Numbered from the stretch's first letter, positions 21,923-32,447 are shown. The stretch: 64,000 nucleotides of DNA from Pseudohongiellaceae bacterium (GCA_047627195.1 JBLHTH010000001.1:3232-67231); one strand, 5' to 3'. Translations and numbers: made by a program. Notes: generated by a model not told the origin, from the letters alone.

Positions 21923-23391
21923 TGATTAGTTTCGACGATTTATTGCCATTATTGCCACTACTTATCGTGACATTAACAGTTGTTGTGACGATGATAGTGA
22001 TTGGTATTAGAAGAAGTTTTATTGTTTCGGGGGCGTTAACTATACTGGGTTTATTGCTAGCCGCTTGCGTGGCAATGGTGATGTTACCTTGGACCAATCA
22101 GCAGGTAACCCCGCTGCTTATTATTGATCAATACAGCTTACTTTTTACGGTGATCACCTGTGTTGCATCCATGTTTATTGCCATCTTTAGTTTTCCATAC
22201 TTTTTTAGATTGGATGATCATAAGGAAGAGTTTTACTTGCTTATAGGGCTTGCCACAGTTGGCGCTATTGTCATGGTTAGCAGTAATCATTTTATTAGTA
22301 CAGTGCTCGGCTTGGAAACTTTAAGTATGTCGTTGTACGGAATGATCGCTTATCCATTACACAGTAAAGACTCTGCAAACTATCCGTTGGAAGCATCGGT
22401 AAAGTATTTAATTTTATCCGCCTGTGCCTCCTGTTTTATCCTTTTCGGTATGGCGCTAGTTTATGCCCAGACAGGTACTTTAAGTTTTACTAGTCTCGCT
22501 GTCCCTGATCCTGAGTTTGGACTAAGTGAAGGTTACACAGTGGTTGCTCTTCTATTAATCTCTACTGGAATGGCTTTCAAATTATCTCTGGCACCATTTC
22601 ACCTCTGGACGCCTGATGTATATGAGGGATCTCCATTGCCGGCAACAGCTTATTTGGCCACTGTTGGCAAAATGGCTATGGCGGTGCTTCTGCTGAGGTT
22701 TCTGACTAGCACTGAAGCTTTGTCTTTCGGTGCGATCCCTGTGGTTTTTTCATTGATCGCGATAGCGTCAATAATTGTTGGCAATCTTTTGGCTTTGCTA
22801 CAAGAGAATCTTAAAAGAATTTTGGCTTATTCTTCCATAGCTCATATGGGCTATCTTTTAATTGCGGTTGTTTCCAGTGCTGTGTCTGGCGGTGGGATTA
22901 GTGTTGAGGCAATTAGTTTCTATCTGATCGCCTATGTTGTTATGTCCCTTGGTGCATTCGCTATTTTGTCCACACTGTCTTCGAGTGAAAATGAGATTGA
23001 TCAGGTGGCTGACTATCAAGGTTTATTTTGGCGATCGCCTTGGTTGGCGACAATGCTTATAGCGATGTTGTTGTCGTTAGCTGGCATTCCACTGACTGTT
23101 GGTTTCATCGGTAAGTTTTATATTTTCTTTGCTGGCGTGGAATCTTCTCTTTGGGTTCTGTTAGCGGCTCTAGTCATCGGCAGTGGCATAGGGCTCTATT
23201 ACTATTTACGTATTGTGTACATTATTTTGCAACCGTTGAAAACAAAGCAGCAAACTTCTTTTCCGATTGCCGGTATAGAAAGTTTGAGTTCCTATTTTGT
23301 AATTGGGCTACTGTTTCTAATGCTTATTCTTTTAGGTGTTTATCCTTCACCGCTGGTGTCTTTGGTTAATTCTGCGTCCGGTTTTATCTAG
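21922..23391 (+). CDS. nuoN: NADH-quinone oxidoreductase subunit N
   Basis: TAATG overlap with nuoM. The product is an ND2-like polytopic protein (KLSLAPFHLWTPDVYEGSP). Confidence 0.94.
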   Translation: MISFDDLLPLLPLLIVTLTVVVTMIVIGIRRSFIVSGALTILGLLLAACVAMVMLPWTNQQVTPLLIIDQYSLLFTVITCVASMFIAIFSFPYFFRLDDHKEEFYLLIGLATVGAIVMVSSNHFISTVLGLETLSMSLYGMIAYPLHSKDSANYPLEASVKYLILSACASCFILFGMALVYAQTGTLSFTSLAVPDPEFGLSEGYTVVALLLISTGMAFKLSLAPFHLWTPDVYEGSPLPATAYLATVGKMAMAVLLLRFLTSTEALSFGAIPVVFSLIAIASIIVGNLLALLQENLKRILAYSSIAHMGYLLIAVVSSAVSGGGISVEAISFYLIAYVVMSLGAFAILSTLSSSENEIDQVADYQGLFWRSPWLATMLIAMLLSLAGIPLTVGFIGKFYIFFAGVESSLWVLLAALVIGSGIGLYYYLRIVYIILQPLKTKQQTSFPIAGIESLSSYFVIGLLFLMLILLGVYPSPLVSLVNSASGFI

Positions 23392-23841
23392 CTTCACCGG
23401 GTTCTTCGCTCGCTTTTACTTTTGCCCCAGTCACATTTATTGCCTGTGCCCAGCAGAATTTCGCACCTGCTGACTGTTTCCAATTGCGGTACGCTGATTC
23501 GATGTAGTCAGATATTTTCGATTTCCTGCGCGCCATTTCTTTACAGTTGCGATAATTTTTATTACTGGCTAATAGTAGTAGTTTCGCTTGTGAAGTAATC
23601 TCGGATTCTGGAGAGCGGCAAAAATCTAGATCGTATTACCTTGTCCACGTACCTCCTGCTAATAACTATGATAATGAGCTTTTAGCTGATGCGGTTAGTC
23701 TGCCGGTGACGATGGTAAAAGAGTTGAAGAGGTCGGTGCACATAGAGAGTGGGTTAGATTTACTAGGTCTATGAAACGATCGCTTAATTTATTTGCCAAA
23801 ATTTAAACGGGGAGGTAACTACGGTTATTATTCCAGCTAAG

Positions 23842-23895
23842 GCTACAGCTACGGCTACAGCTACAGCTACAGCTACAGCTACAGCTACAGCTACA
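23842..23895. repeat. Hexanucleotide microsatellite (GCTACA)x9, one unit being GCTACG
   Basis: Direct reading shows nine head-to-tail 6-nt units in the ORF-poor gap after nuoN. Confidence 0.97.
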
Positions 23896-24228
23896 GTTCA
23901 GGATGGTTTTAACGAAGAGGTCGACTTGATCGTTGCTATCGATATGTTTGGGCCCATTCAGGTAGTCGGAGTTCCTCAAGACATGTCGGGTTCTGGCTTA
24001 TCCGGAATGCTAAGAATTATAGAATCACATTGGATGAAATCATTTAAAGGTAATGCCGTTAGAGGTATAGAGGTATAGAGCGATTGAGCTGGCAAACAAT
24101 ACCCGCCGCTAAAGAGTATGACCTTTATGTTGGTGTGTCTGTCACTCCTAAAACTGTTGCAGCCGAAATATGTTACGTTTTGGTGTTTTATCAATCCGGT
24201 TGGACCGCATTTTTAGAGGTCGCTTCAA

Positions 24229-24972
24229 ATGTTATTTAAAGACCATTTTTCGGGACATGCTGAGGTTTACGCGCAGGCTCGTCCAACTTATCCGGCTGAA
24301 CTGTTCGACTATTTGAACTCAGTGACGTCAGGGACAGATCTCGCCTGGGACTGTGCAACCGGGAATGGACAATCAGCGGTGGCGCTAGCGGGCTACTTTG
24401 ACCAAGTGATAGCTACTGATGGCAGTGCCGCGCAAATCGATGCGGCGAAAAAAATGTCTAATATAGACTATCGAGTCGCTTTAGCTGAAGACGTTATTCT
24501 TGATCCGGTTAGTGCTGATCTAATTTGTGTGTCTCAGGCTTTGCACTGGTTTGAATTAGAGCGGTTTTTTCAGGTTGTTGATGCCGTCTTAAAACCAGGC
24601 GGAGTATTGGCGGTTTGGTCCTATGGTATTCACACCATTGATGAGAAGGTGGATAAGGTTATCGGCGAACTGTACCAGCAAACCCTCGATGGCTATTGGC
24701 CGCATGAGCGGCTTTTAGTTGAGCAGGCATACAAAACAATAGAGTTTCCTTATGAGAAAATCCCTAGTCCAGAGTTCACGATGTCCTTAACCTGGACCCA
24801 GGGTCAGGTTGAGGCATATCTTCGCAGCTGGTCTGCTGTGCAGAAATACATTAAGGCTTACAACAGTGATCCGGTGGTCGCACTTTCAGATCAACTGAAA
24901 CTCGCGTGGGGGAATGAACCGGTTAGGACGGTGGTCTGGCCCTTGGTGTTTATTTTATGTCGTAAACCCTAG
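24229..24972 (+). CDS. Class I SAM-dependent methyltransferase (Methyltransf_11-like)
   Basis: Motif I is LAWDCATGNGQSA, the post-I acidic residue is in IATDGS, and ALHWF and LKPGGVLAVWSY are present. The substrate cannot be deduced. Confidence 0.75.
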   Translation: MLFKDHFSGHAEVYAQARPTYPAELFDYLNSVTSGTDLAWDCATGNGQSAVALAGYFDQVIATDGSAAQIDAAKKMSNIDYRVALAEDVILDPVSADLICVSQALHWFELERFFQVVDAVLKPGGVLAVWSYGIHTIDEKVDKVIGELYQQTLDGYWPHERLLVEQAYKTIEFPYEKIPSPEFTMSLTWTQGQVEAYLRSWSAVQKYIKAYNSDPVVALSDQLKLAWGNEPVRTVVWPLVFILCRKP

Positions 24973-25057
24973 CTTTTAGGGTGATCCTGCCTTGGTATTG
25001 CTATGTGAGCAGACTATCATGGCCATCTGAAGCACCTTCAACTCATAATGAGTAAAT

Positions 25058-26101
25058 ATGCAAAACAATAAGATTTCGGTCATTGGCGGTGGCAGTTTCG
25101 GTACTGTCATCGCAAATATCATCGCGACCAACGGTTTCGACGTTCAATTTTGGATGCGTAGCAGTGAACAAGTAGCGCAAATAAACAGCCGGCATGAAAA
25201 CTCTCAATACCTTCCAGGTTATAAACTGGATAAACGTGTTCACGCGACGACCAATATGGCGCAGGCGGTGCACGACAGCGCAGTTGTGTTCGTGGCGGTG
25301 CCCAGTTTGTCGTTTAGAGAAGTTGTTAAGGCAGTCGTCAGCGAATTGGATTCCGATGCGATGCTAATCAGCACTACAAAAGGCATTGAGGCAGGCACTT
25401 TCCTGCTTATGAGCCAGGTGCTGAGTGAGGAGTCTCCAAATTCCAAGATTGGCGTTCTTAGTGGTCCTAATCTGGCTAAAGAAATAGCTGCTGGGCACTT
25501 AACCGGCACTGTCATTGCCAGTAGTCACGAAGAAGTTAGAAATGAAGTTAAGGCGCTGTTAAAATCCAAGACATTTAGGGTCTATAGTAATGATGATATG
25601 TTTGGCGTGGAGCTGGGCGGCTCTCTAAAGAATATATACGCCATTATTGCCGGTATTGCGTCGGCCTTGGGGATGGGTTTCAACACTAATAGTATGTTGA
25701 TAACCCGCAGTCTTACCGAAATGGCTAGGTTCGGTCGTGAGCTTGGCGCCGACCCTATGACTTTTTTAGGTCTGGCTGGAGTAGGGGATCTCGTCGTTAC
25801 CTGCTCGACGCCTCTTAGCCGTAACTACAGCTTGGGTTTTGCGCTTGGCAAAGGCGGAACGGTCGATGCAGCAATGGCGGAAATAGGACAAGTTGTTGAA
25901 GGGGTCAGCACGGTCAAACATGTAAAAGAAAAGGCCGATGAGCTGGGTGTTTATATGCCTCTAGTTAATGGCTTGTACAAAATCATCTATGAGCAGCAAT
26001 CCATAAAGACTATGATAGCTTCTCTAATGCTAGGCGAGCAGGCCTTGGATGTTGAATTTGAGGCTAATCAAGAGAAAGTATTAAGTAACGAGGAAATATA
26101 A
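25058..26101 (+). CDS. gpsA: NAD(P)H-dependent glycerol-3-phosphate dehydrogenase
   Basis: Contains ISVIGGGSFGT, GPNLAKEIA and KNIYAIIAGI, with the typical GpsA length. Confidence 0.93.
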   Translation: MQNNKISVIGGGSFGTVIANIIATNGFDVQFWMRSSEQVAQINSRHENSQYLPGYKLDKRVHATTNMAQAVHDSAVVFVAVPSLSFREVVKAVVSELDSDAMLISTTKGIEAGTFLLMSQVLSEESPNSKIGVLSGPNLAKEIAAGHLTGTVIASSHEEVRNEVKALLKSKTFRVYSNDDMFGVELGGSLKNIYAIIAGIASALGMGFNTNSMLITRSLTEMARFGRELGADPMTFLGLAGVGDLVVTCSTPLSRNYSLGFALGKGGTVDAAMAEIGQVVEGVSTVKHVKEKADELGVYMPLVNGLYKIIYEQQSIKTMIASLMLGEQALDVEFEANQEKVLSNEEI

Positions 26102-26718
26102 TGACAGACAAGTTTGAAGAGATAGTCGATAACCTAAAGCGGCCATCGCACTGGCTGCGACTCCCGTTTATGCTAGCTTATGGCTTCACTCTCTACCTGA
26201 TTTTTGTTCCTGTCGTTATTGTAGTTATGGCGGCGCAAATACTTTTCGCTCTCATAACAGGACAAAGCAATCGTAATCTCAGAGGGCTAGCGTCAGTAGT
26301 ACAGCAATATGTATCACAAATAATTGACTATATTACTTACAATTCCAATGAGCGCCCGTTTCCGTTTTCAGACTTCCCTGAAGAAGATATTTCGGTGGTT
26401 GAAAATTCTGATTCCGAGAAGACTGACCCAGCGGTTGAGCACGAAGATTCAGATCCTGACCTAGACTCGGAACACGAAGAAGAAAAAGCACAGCCCAAAG
26501 CAGTGAAAACGACAACTAAAGCGAAGAAGTCCACGGCGAAATCAAAAATCGACATTGGCCCTGCTAGCGACACTCCATCGGCCACTAAAAACCCAGCAAA
26601 AAAGAAAGCGCCTGCAAAAAAGAAAGTGGCTACTGCGGCACCCAAACTCAGCGATTCGGGCGCGGCATCAACTCAAGCTGATTCCCCAGCTGACGCCACA
26701 AAATCAGAGCCAAGTTAG
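26101..26718 (+). CDS. DUF4389-like two-TM membrane protein with an acidic plus Lys/Ala/Pro-rich tail
   Basis: TAATG overlap with gpsA. The N-terminus has WLRLPFMLAYGF and two hydrophobic helices. The C-terminal 110 aa are low-complexity (an EHEDSDPDLDSEHEEE block followed by KAKKSTAKSK...PAKKKAPAKKK). The family assignment is from memory. Confidence 0.6.
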   Translation: MTDKFEEIVDNLKRPSHWLRLPFMLAYGFTLYLIFVPVVIVVMAAQILFALITGQSNRNLRGLASVVQQYVSQIIDYITYNSNERPFPFSDFPEEDISVVENSDSEKTDPAVEHEDSDPDLDSEHEEEKAQPKAVKTTTKAKKSTAKSKIDIGPASDTPSATKNPAKKKAPAKKKVATAAPKLSDSGAASTQADSPADATKSEPS

Positions 26719-26799
26719 AAGGTAGTGATATTTTTGTGATTAGAGATACTGGAAGATCATTTTTCTTTATTAAAAATTCATGATGGTGAGTAACAGAAA

Positions 26800-27258
26800 A
26801 TGATTATTTATTTGATGCGCCATGGCGAGGCGGAACAGCAAGCGTTATCAGATCCCGCAAGAGAATTGACCCGCAAAGGTATAATGGATAATCGCTCAGC
26901 AATAGCTAAATTAAATCAGCATGCGCCGGAGATTGATCGCGCTCTAACGAGCCCTTATCAACGCTCTAGGCAAACCTGCTCAGCGCTTCGCATGAGCTAT
27001 CCGAAGCTTAGTTTTGAAGTGAGCAGAGCGTTGGAGCCTGAGGCAGGTGTTTATGACTTGTTGGATGAAATTGAAAAAATTGATGCTAAGCAAGTCTTCC
27101 TGATTAGCCACAATCCCCTGATATCGAACTTACTGGCACTCATCGTAGATGGAACGTTAGAGACTAACAGGCACATGGGAACAAGTCATATTGCATGCGT
27201 ATCTATGGATATTGTGGCACCAGGATGCGCAGAGTTACTTTACACACTTACGCCATGA
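26800..27258 (+). CDS. sixA: Phosphohistidine phosphatase SixA
   Basis: RHG catalytic motif (IYLMRHGEAE) plus SPYQRSRQT and ISHNPL. The length is 152 aa. Confidence 0.85.
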   Translation: MIIYLMRHGEAEQQALSDPARELTRKGIMDNRSAIAKLNQHAPEIDRALTSPYQRSRQTCSALRMSYPKLSFEVSRALEPEAGVYDLLDEIEKIDAKQVFLISHNPLISNLLALIVDGTLETNRHMGTSHIACVSMDIVAPGCAELLYTLTP

Positions 27259-27278
27259 ATCAACTTTTAGGGTATTAA

Positions 27279-28175
27279 ATGCACAGAATAGTTTTAACAG
27301 TTTTATTGATGTTTCAAGCATCCACAGTATTGGCTCAGCGAAGTACGGTCGACCTTATTGCTGATGAATTGCAACAGGCGTTTCCGGATTCTATTACCAT
27401 TTCTAGTACCTACACGCCAAATACGATCCATCAGATAGCCTTAGGGGTTGTTCAGCGCGCTTCTCCTGAATCGATGCGAAGGGTAGCTGGGGCTTTAACT
27501 AAGACTCTATATGAAATACCGCAGACGTATTCGGGGGATGATGTATTTCTGTTTTTTCAAACATTATTTAATGGAAAATCATTCGAGCGTTTGTTTGGTT
27601 GCTCGGGAAGATCTTGCGGTAGCAGTAATGATTGGGCTAACTATGTTTTCAAAAACCGAATACTTTATGGCCCTGTTCAAAACCAGTTCTATCTAGCTTA
27701 TCAAGAGTTCGAAGATAGTCGAGTTGCGCCCTATATCTCGGTTTATATTATTACTCGTGGAAATCGGCGCCTCTATGCTTATGTTGAAGTTACAGAGCCC
27801 AGACAGTCGTCATCAAATTTGGCGGTTGGGTACAAGAACAGCTTAGCTAGGGATGTTATCGAGAACGGATTCGGAACACTGAAAAATATTCAATTTCAGA
27901 GCGATGAGGCTTTAGTCGGATCCCAACTAAGTGCATTAATTGCTGTAATGGATGAAAACCCTCTACTTGAAGTCTATGTGGTTTCGCATTTAACTGGTGA
28001 TGTGAGCTTGGAAGCGCTTCAGAGTCGATCCCAAAAGCGAGCAGAGACTATTGTTAGTAGACTTGTCGAAGCCGGTATATCCCCCGCTAGAGTATCTTCT
28101 CACGGTATCGGACCTTTGGCGCCAAGCTGCATTACTGAGGCCTGTCGAGACCGAGTGGATGTGGTTCGGCGCTAA
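27279..28175 (+). CDS. Exported protein with a DUF4892-like N-domain and an OmpA-like C-terminal domain
   Basis: Signal peptide ending in TVLAQ. Cys-rich motif CSGRSCGSSNDWANYVF. The C-terminal part resembles an OmpA/MotB peptidoglycan-binding fold (RSQKRAETIVSRLVEAGISPARVSSHGIG). The family assignment is from memory. Confidence 0.6.
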   Translation: MHRIVLTVLLMFQASTVLAQRSTVDLIADELQQAFPDSITISSTYTPNTIHQIALGVVQRASPESMRRVAGALTKTLYEIPQTYSGDDVFLFFQTLFNGKSFERLFGCSGRSCGSSNDWANYVFKNRILYGPVQNQFYLAYQEFEDSRVAPYISVYIITRGNRRLYAYVEVTEPRQSSSNLAVGYKNSLARDVIENGFGTLKNIQFQSDEALVGSQLSALIAVMDENPLLEVYVVSHLTGDVSLEALQSRSQKRAETIVSRLVEAGISPARVSSHGIGPLAPSCITEACRDRVDVVRR

Positions 28176-28203
28176 TCGATTGTTTTTTGCTTACTATTTG
28201 GAT

Positions 28204-28743
28204 TTACTTAATCAGGGAGAGAAACTCACTCCGCGTTTTGTAACTATTACGAAACGCTCCCAGCATGCACGAAGTAGTCATCACTGAATTCTGTTTTTCG
28301 ACTCCTCGCATCATCATGCACATATGCTGCGCTTCTATGATAACCGCAGCGCCGTTGGAATTTGTTTTCTCAACGATGCAGTTTGCTATTTCAGTCGTTA
28401 AATTCTCCTGAATTTGTAGCCGCCGTGCAAACACGTCGACCACACGTGCGATTTTAGATAGTCCAATAACTTTGCCATTGGGAATGTAGGCGATATGGCA
28501 CTTGCCGATAAACGGCAGCATGTGGTGTTCGCACATCGAATACAGTTCAATGTTTTTAACAATTACCATCTCGTCATTTTCTGTGGGAAAGAGAGCGCCG
28601 TTTATTACTTCATCAAGGTCCATTTCATAGCCTTGCATGAGAAACTTCATTGCCTTGGCGGCACGCTTTGGAGTGTCCACTAAACCTGGACGGCTAGGGT
28701 CTTCTCCTATTTCCTGAATGATTTTTAAAAAGGACTCTTCCAT
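28204..28743 (-). CDS. folE: GTP cyclohydrolase I (FolE type 1)
   Basis: Contains [13 protein letters not shown], the zinc site CEHHMLPF and LQIQENLT. The length is 179 aa. Confidence 0.93.
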   Translation of the reverse strand: MEESFLKIIQEIGEDPSRPGLVDTPKRAAKAMKFLMQGYEMDLDEVINGALFPTENDEMVIVKNIELYSMCEHHMLPFIGKCHIAYIPNGKVIGLSKIARVVDVFARRLQIQENLTTEIANCIVEKTNSNGAAVIIEAQHMCMMMRGVEKQNSVMTTSCMLGAFRNSYKTRSEFLSLIK

Positions 28744-28822
28744 TGATAATTCACCTTAACATCTAAATTTTTAACTATTGGGCGCTACCCTACGATAACA
28801 GTATTTATTGGTAAAGCATTTT

Positions 28823-29725
28823 ATGGATTCATTGATGGACAATGTAGTGACAGTGCAGGATTACATCTCACAGCTGGCGTTGAGATTTGAGGTGGCGGAC
28901 CTTTTTTATGGTCATGGCACAGACAATCCATACGATGAGGCCGTTTATATTGTCTTTGTACTACTTGGCATTGAATTCGATCAAGAAGTAGACCTAGCCG
29001 CCAAAATACTTTCTGCAGCCCAATTGGCTAAACTAGAAGAGGCTGCGCGTCGCCGGATAGATGAGCATATTCCAGCGGCCTATTTAGTTGGGAGCGCATG
29101 GTTTGCAGGTTTCAAATTCAATAGTGACCGCAGAGCGCTGGTGCCTCGTTCTCCGTTTGCTGAATTAATTTTAAGTCGTTTTGCGGGCTTGGTCGATACA
29201 GACCCGCAGCGGGTTCTGGATATGTGCACAGGGAGCGGTTGCATAGGATTAGCTACCGCGCTTGAATATCCCCAAGCGCATGTGGATTTAGCCGATATAT
29301 CTGCTGACGCGCTAGATTTGGCGGCATCGAACGTGTCCCTCTACGATCTGTCCAGCCGAGTAAGTTTATTGCTAAGCGATGGCTTTGAGGCGGTAACAGG
29401 GTCATATGATTTGATTTTGTGCAATCCTCCTTACGTCTCTAAAGATGAGTATGCGGAGCTTCCGCCTGAGTATTTTGCTGAGCCTGCCTTAGGCTTACTT
29501 AGTGAGGACGAGGGGCTTGCGCTTCCGATCAAACTATTAGAGCAAGCGGGTCATTATATTAAGAGTGATGGATTACTAATAATGGAGGTAGGTTTCTCAC
29601 AGGATGCTCTTAAAACTGCGCTGCCAGACGTGCCATTTGTTTGGCTTGAGTTTAATCACGGCGGTTCTGGGGTCTTTTGTCTGACGGGCCAACAATTGCG
29701 CGGTTTCAGCGCTACTCGCAAATAG
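28823..29725 (+). CDS. prmB: Ribosomal protein L3 N5-glutamine methyltransferase
   Basis: Contains YGHGTDNPYDEAV, LDMCTGSGCIG, the catalytic NPPY and FVWLEFNHGGSGVF. It lies upstream of aroC, as in E. coli. ATG 28823 is preferred; TTG 28808 is also possible. Confidence 0.88.
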   Translation: MDSLMDNVVTVQDYISQLALRFEVADLFYGHGTDNPYDEAVYIVFVLLGIEFDQEVDLAAKILSAAQLAKLEEAARRRIDEHIPAAYLVGSAWFAGFKFNSDRRALVPRSPFAELILSRFAGLVDTDPQRVLDMCTGSGCIGLATALEYPQAHVDLADISADALDLAASNVSLYDLSSRVSLLLSDGFEAVTGSYDLILCNPPYVSKDEYAELPPEYFAEPALGLLSEDEGLALPIKLLEQAGHYIKSDGLLIMEVGFSQDALKTALPDVPFVWLEFNHGGSGVFCLTGQQLRGFSATRK

Positions 29726-29791
29726 TGTACAATCTCCCGCCTTTCGCGCTCTTGAGCGCGTAAACCCTGTTACTAACGACTGAGTTGTAGA

Positions 29792-30853
29792 ATGTCCGGA
29801 AACACCATAGGGAAATTATTTACAGTAACCAGCTTCGGTGAGAGTCATGGGCCTGCGCTTGGCTGTGTGGTTGATGGCTGTCCCCCAGGGATGGAGCTAT
29901 GTGCCGCTGATATGCAATTGGACCTTAATCGCCGCAAGCCAGGCCAGTCCCGCTTTACGACTCAGCGCAGAGAAGACGATGAGGTCGAGATACTTTCGGG
30001 TGTGTTTGAAGGTAAGACTACTGGCACGCCTATTGGACTGCTTATTCGCAACACAGATCAGCGTTCTAAGGACTATGGCAAGATCAAAGACCAGTTCAGA
30101 CCGGCTCATGCTGATTTTACTTACCAGAAAAAGTACGGTATCCGAGATTACAGGGGTGGCGGTCGATCTTCGGCGAGAGAAACAGCAATGCGAGTAGCGG
30201 CTGGCGCAATTGCTAAAAAATACTTAAAAGAGAGCTGCGGCACTCAAATAAGGGGCTATCTTAGTCAATTGGGCCCTATCAGTGCTGAAACAATAGATTT
30301 TGATGAGGTTGAACGTAATCCGTTCTTCTGCCCAGACGCCTCGAAAGTTAAGGCTATGGAAGAATACATGGCGGCTTTGAGCAAAGAAGGAAACTCGATA
30401 GGCGCTAGGATTTCGGTTCTGGCAAGCTCAGTGCCTATAGGCTTGGGAGAGCCGGTTTTTGATCGCTTGGACGCCGACCTAGCGAAGGCTTTAATGAGTA
30501 TCAATGCGGTCAAAGGTGTTGAGATAGGGGCTGGTTTTGATTGTGTCACCCAAAAAGGCAGCGATCATAGAGACGCGATTACCCCTGACGGTTTTGTGGG
30601 CAATAATTCTGGCGGCGTTTTAGGCGGAATTAGCAGTGGTCAGGATATCTTTGCCAGTATCGCCTTAAAGCCGACATCCAGCATCCGGCTTCCTGGAGAC
30701 TCTATTACGGTAAGCGGAGAGCCTACCCAGGTCATAACAACTGGTCGTCACGACCCGTGTGTTGGCATTCGGGCCACCCCAATTGCAGAGGCTATGGTAG
30801 CCTTGGTGTTGCTGGATCATCTGCTAAGGGACAGGGGCCAGATGGGCCGGTAG
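29792..30853 (+). CDS. aroC: Chorismate synthase
   Basis: Contains [30 protein letters not shown] and [10 protein letters not shown]. Confidence 0.95.
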   Translation: MSGNTIGKLFTVTSFGESHGPALGCVVDGCPPGMELCAADMQLDLNRRKPGQSRFTTQRREDDEVEILSGVFEGKTTGTPIGLLIRNTDQRSKDYGKIKDQFRPAHADFTYQKKYGIRDYRGGGRSSARETAMRVAAGAIAKKYLKESCGTQIRGYLSQLGPISAETIDFDEVERNPFFCPDASKVKAMEEYMAALSKEGNSIGARISVLASSVPIGLGEPVFDRLDADLAKALMSINAVKGVEIGAGFDCVTQKGSDHRDAITPDGFVGNNSGGVLGGISSGQDIFASIALKPTSSIRLPGDSITVSGEPTQVITTGRHDPCVGIRATPIAEAMVALVLLDHLLRDRGQMGR

Positions 30854-30958
30854 CAGAATCATGAGCTGCTGCCTTAGCGATTATAAATTTTAGATAAAAC
30901 GATAAATAACAACACTATAAACACACTTAGTATTAAAAAGGATTAACTGGTAATAAGC

Positions 30959-32380
30959 ATGAGCGGAAAAACACTCTACGACAAGATTTGGGATGCCCAC
31001 TTGGTAAGTCAACGAGACGATGGCACGTCACTTATTTACATCGACCGCCATCTCATTCATGAGGTTACCTCCCCTCAGGCGTTTGAAGGCCTCAGGCTAG
31101 CAGGCCGATTACCTTGGCGAGCAGACGCGAATTTCGCCACTCCGGATCATAATATTCCGACGACAAAAAGTGAGCGGGATCTCGGGTTAGACGGAATTAA
31201 AGACCCTGTGTCTAAAATTCAAGTTACAACCCTTGATAACAACTGCGACGAATTCAACATCTTCGAGTTAAAAATGACCGATATGCGTCAAGGTATTGTG
31301 CATGTTGTGGGGCCAGAACAAGGTGCTACTTTGCCAGGGATGAGCATTGTTTGTGGTGATTCTCATACCTCTACTCATGGCGCTCTTGGCGCACTCGCTC
31401 ATGGCATCGGGACGTCCGAGGTCGAGCATGTGCTGGCTACCCAGTGCTTGATGCAAAAGAAAATGAAGAATATGCGGGTGCAAGTTAACGGACGCCTCAA
31501 AGCCGGTGTGACCGCCAAGGATATGGTTCTGGCGATCATCGGTCGTATCGGCACCGCGGGTGGCACCGGCTGTACCATAGAGTTTGCCGGTGAAGCGGTT
31601 ATGGCACTTAGCGTAGAAGGGCGAATGACTGTGTGCAATATGGCTATTGAAGCCGGTGCAAGAGCAGGGCTAATTGCCGTTGACCAAGCCACGATTGATT
31701 ACATCAAAGGCCGTCCCTTCGCACCTAAAGGTGAAGTTTGGGAGAAGGCAGCGCAGGCTTGGAAATTACTGGTTAGTGACCCGGATGCGCACTTTGACGA
31801 AATTGTTGAATTGGAAGCCGCGGACATTGAGCCTCAAGTGACATGGGGCACATCCCCCGAGATGGTTGCATCTATTAATGGGAGCATCCCGGTGATTGCG
31901 CAAGAAAGCGATCCAACCAAGCGTGAAAGTATCGCTCAGGCTCTTAAATATATGGGTCTAACTGGCGGTACCAGCATTAAAGATATAAAGCTGGATTGTA
32001 TCTTCATAGGCAGTTGCACAAATTCAAGAATCGAAGATTTACGTGAGGCTGCTAAGGTTGTTGAGGGCAAAAAGGTTGCTTCGACGATTGAATTGGCCAT
32101 GGTGGTACCGGGCTCTGGCCTAGTGAAGCAACAGGCTGAGGCAGAAGGTTTAGACAAGATATTTATTGCTGCTGGTCTTGAGTGGCGAGAGCCAGGCTGT
32201 TCGATGTGTTTGGCCATGAACGCCGATCAGCTAGGAGATGGCAAGCACTGCGCCTCTACTTCGAATAGAAATTTCGAAGGCCGTCAAGGCTTTGGCGGGC
32301 GAACTCATTTGGTTAGTCCTGCAATGGCAGCAGCTGCCGCTATTCATGGACACTTCGTTGATGTTCGAGAACTTAGTTAA
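30959..32380 (+). CDS. leuC: 3-isopropylmalate dehydratase large subunit
   Basis: Contains [41 protein letters not shown] and CSMCLAMN. Confidence 0.96.
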   Translation: MSGKTLYDKIWDAHLVSQRDDGTSLIYIDRHLIHEVTSPQAFEGLRLAGRLPWRADANFATPDHNIPTTKSERDLGLDGIKDPVSKIQVTTLDNNCDEFNIFELKMTDMRQGIVHVVGPEQGATLPGMSIVCGDSHTSTHGALGALAHGIGTSEVEHVLATQCLMQKKMKNMRVQVNGRLKAGVTAKDMVLAIIGRIGTAGGTGCTIEFAGEAVMALSVEGRMTVCNMAIEAGARAGLIAVDQATIDYIKGRPFAPKGEVWEKAAQAWKLLVSDPDAHFDEIVELEAADIEPQVTWGTSPEMVASINGSIPVIAQESDPTKRESIAQALKYMGLTGGTSIKDIKLDCIFIGSCTNSRIEDLREAAKVVEGKKVASTIELAMVVPGSGLVKQQAEAEGLDKIFIAAGLEWREPGCSMCLAMNADQLGDGKHCASTSNRNFEGRQGFGGRTHLVSPAMAAAAAIHGHFVDVRELS

Positions 32381-32447
32381 GCAGCTCAGTTAAACAGCGC
32401 GTTAAAAAACTACAGGCTTACAGAAAGCCAGTTACGGAATACAAGAG

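Noticed and set aside
23976-24194. 72-aa minus-strand ORF in the post-nuoN gap.
   Set aside because: It has no ribosome-binding site, an atypical composition (Cys, Phe and Ile-rich) and no motif. It overlaps the tail of the start-less plus-strand frame. It is not supportable as a gene.
30854-30958. Possible leucine-attenuator leader peptide upstream of leuC (small ORF MSCCLSDYKF).
   Set aside because: There is no run of Leu codons and no evident alternative terminator/antiterminator hairpins.
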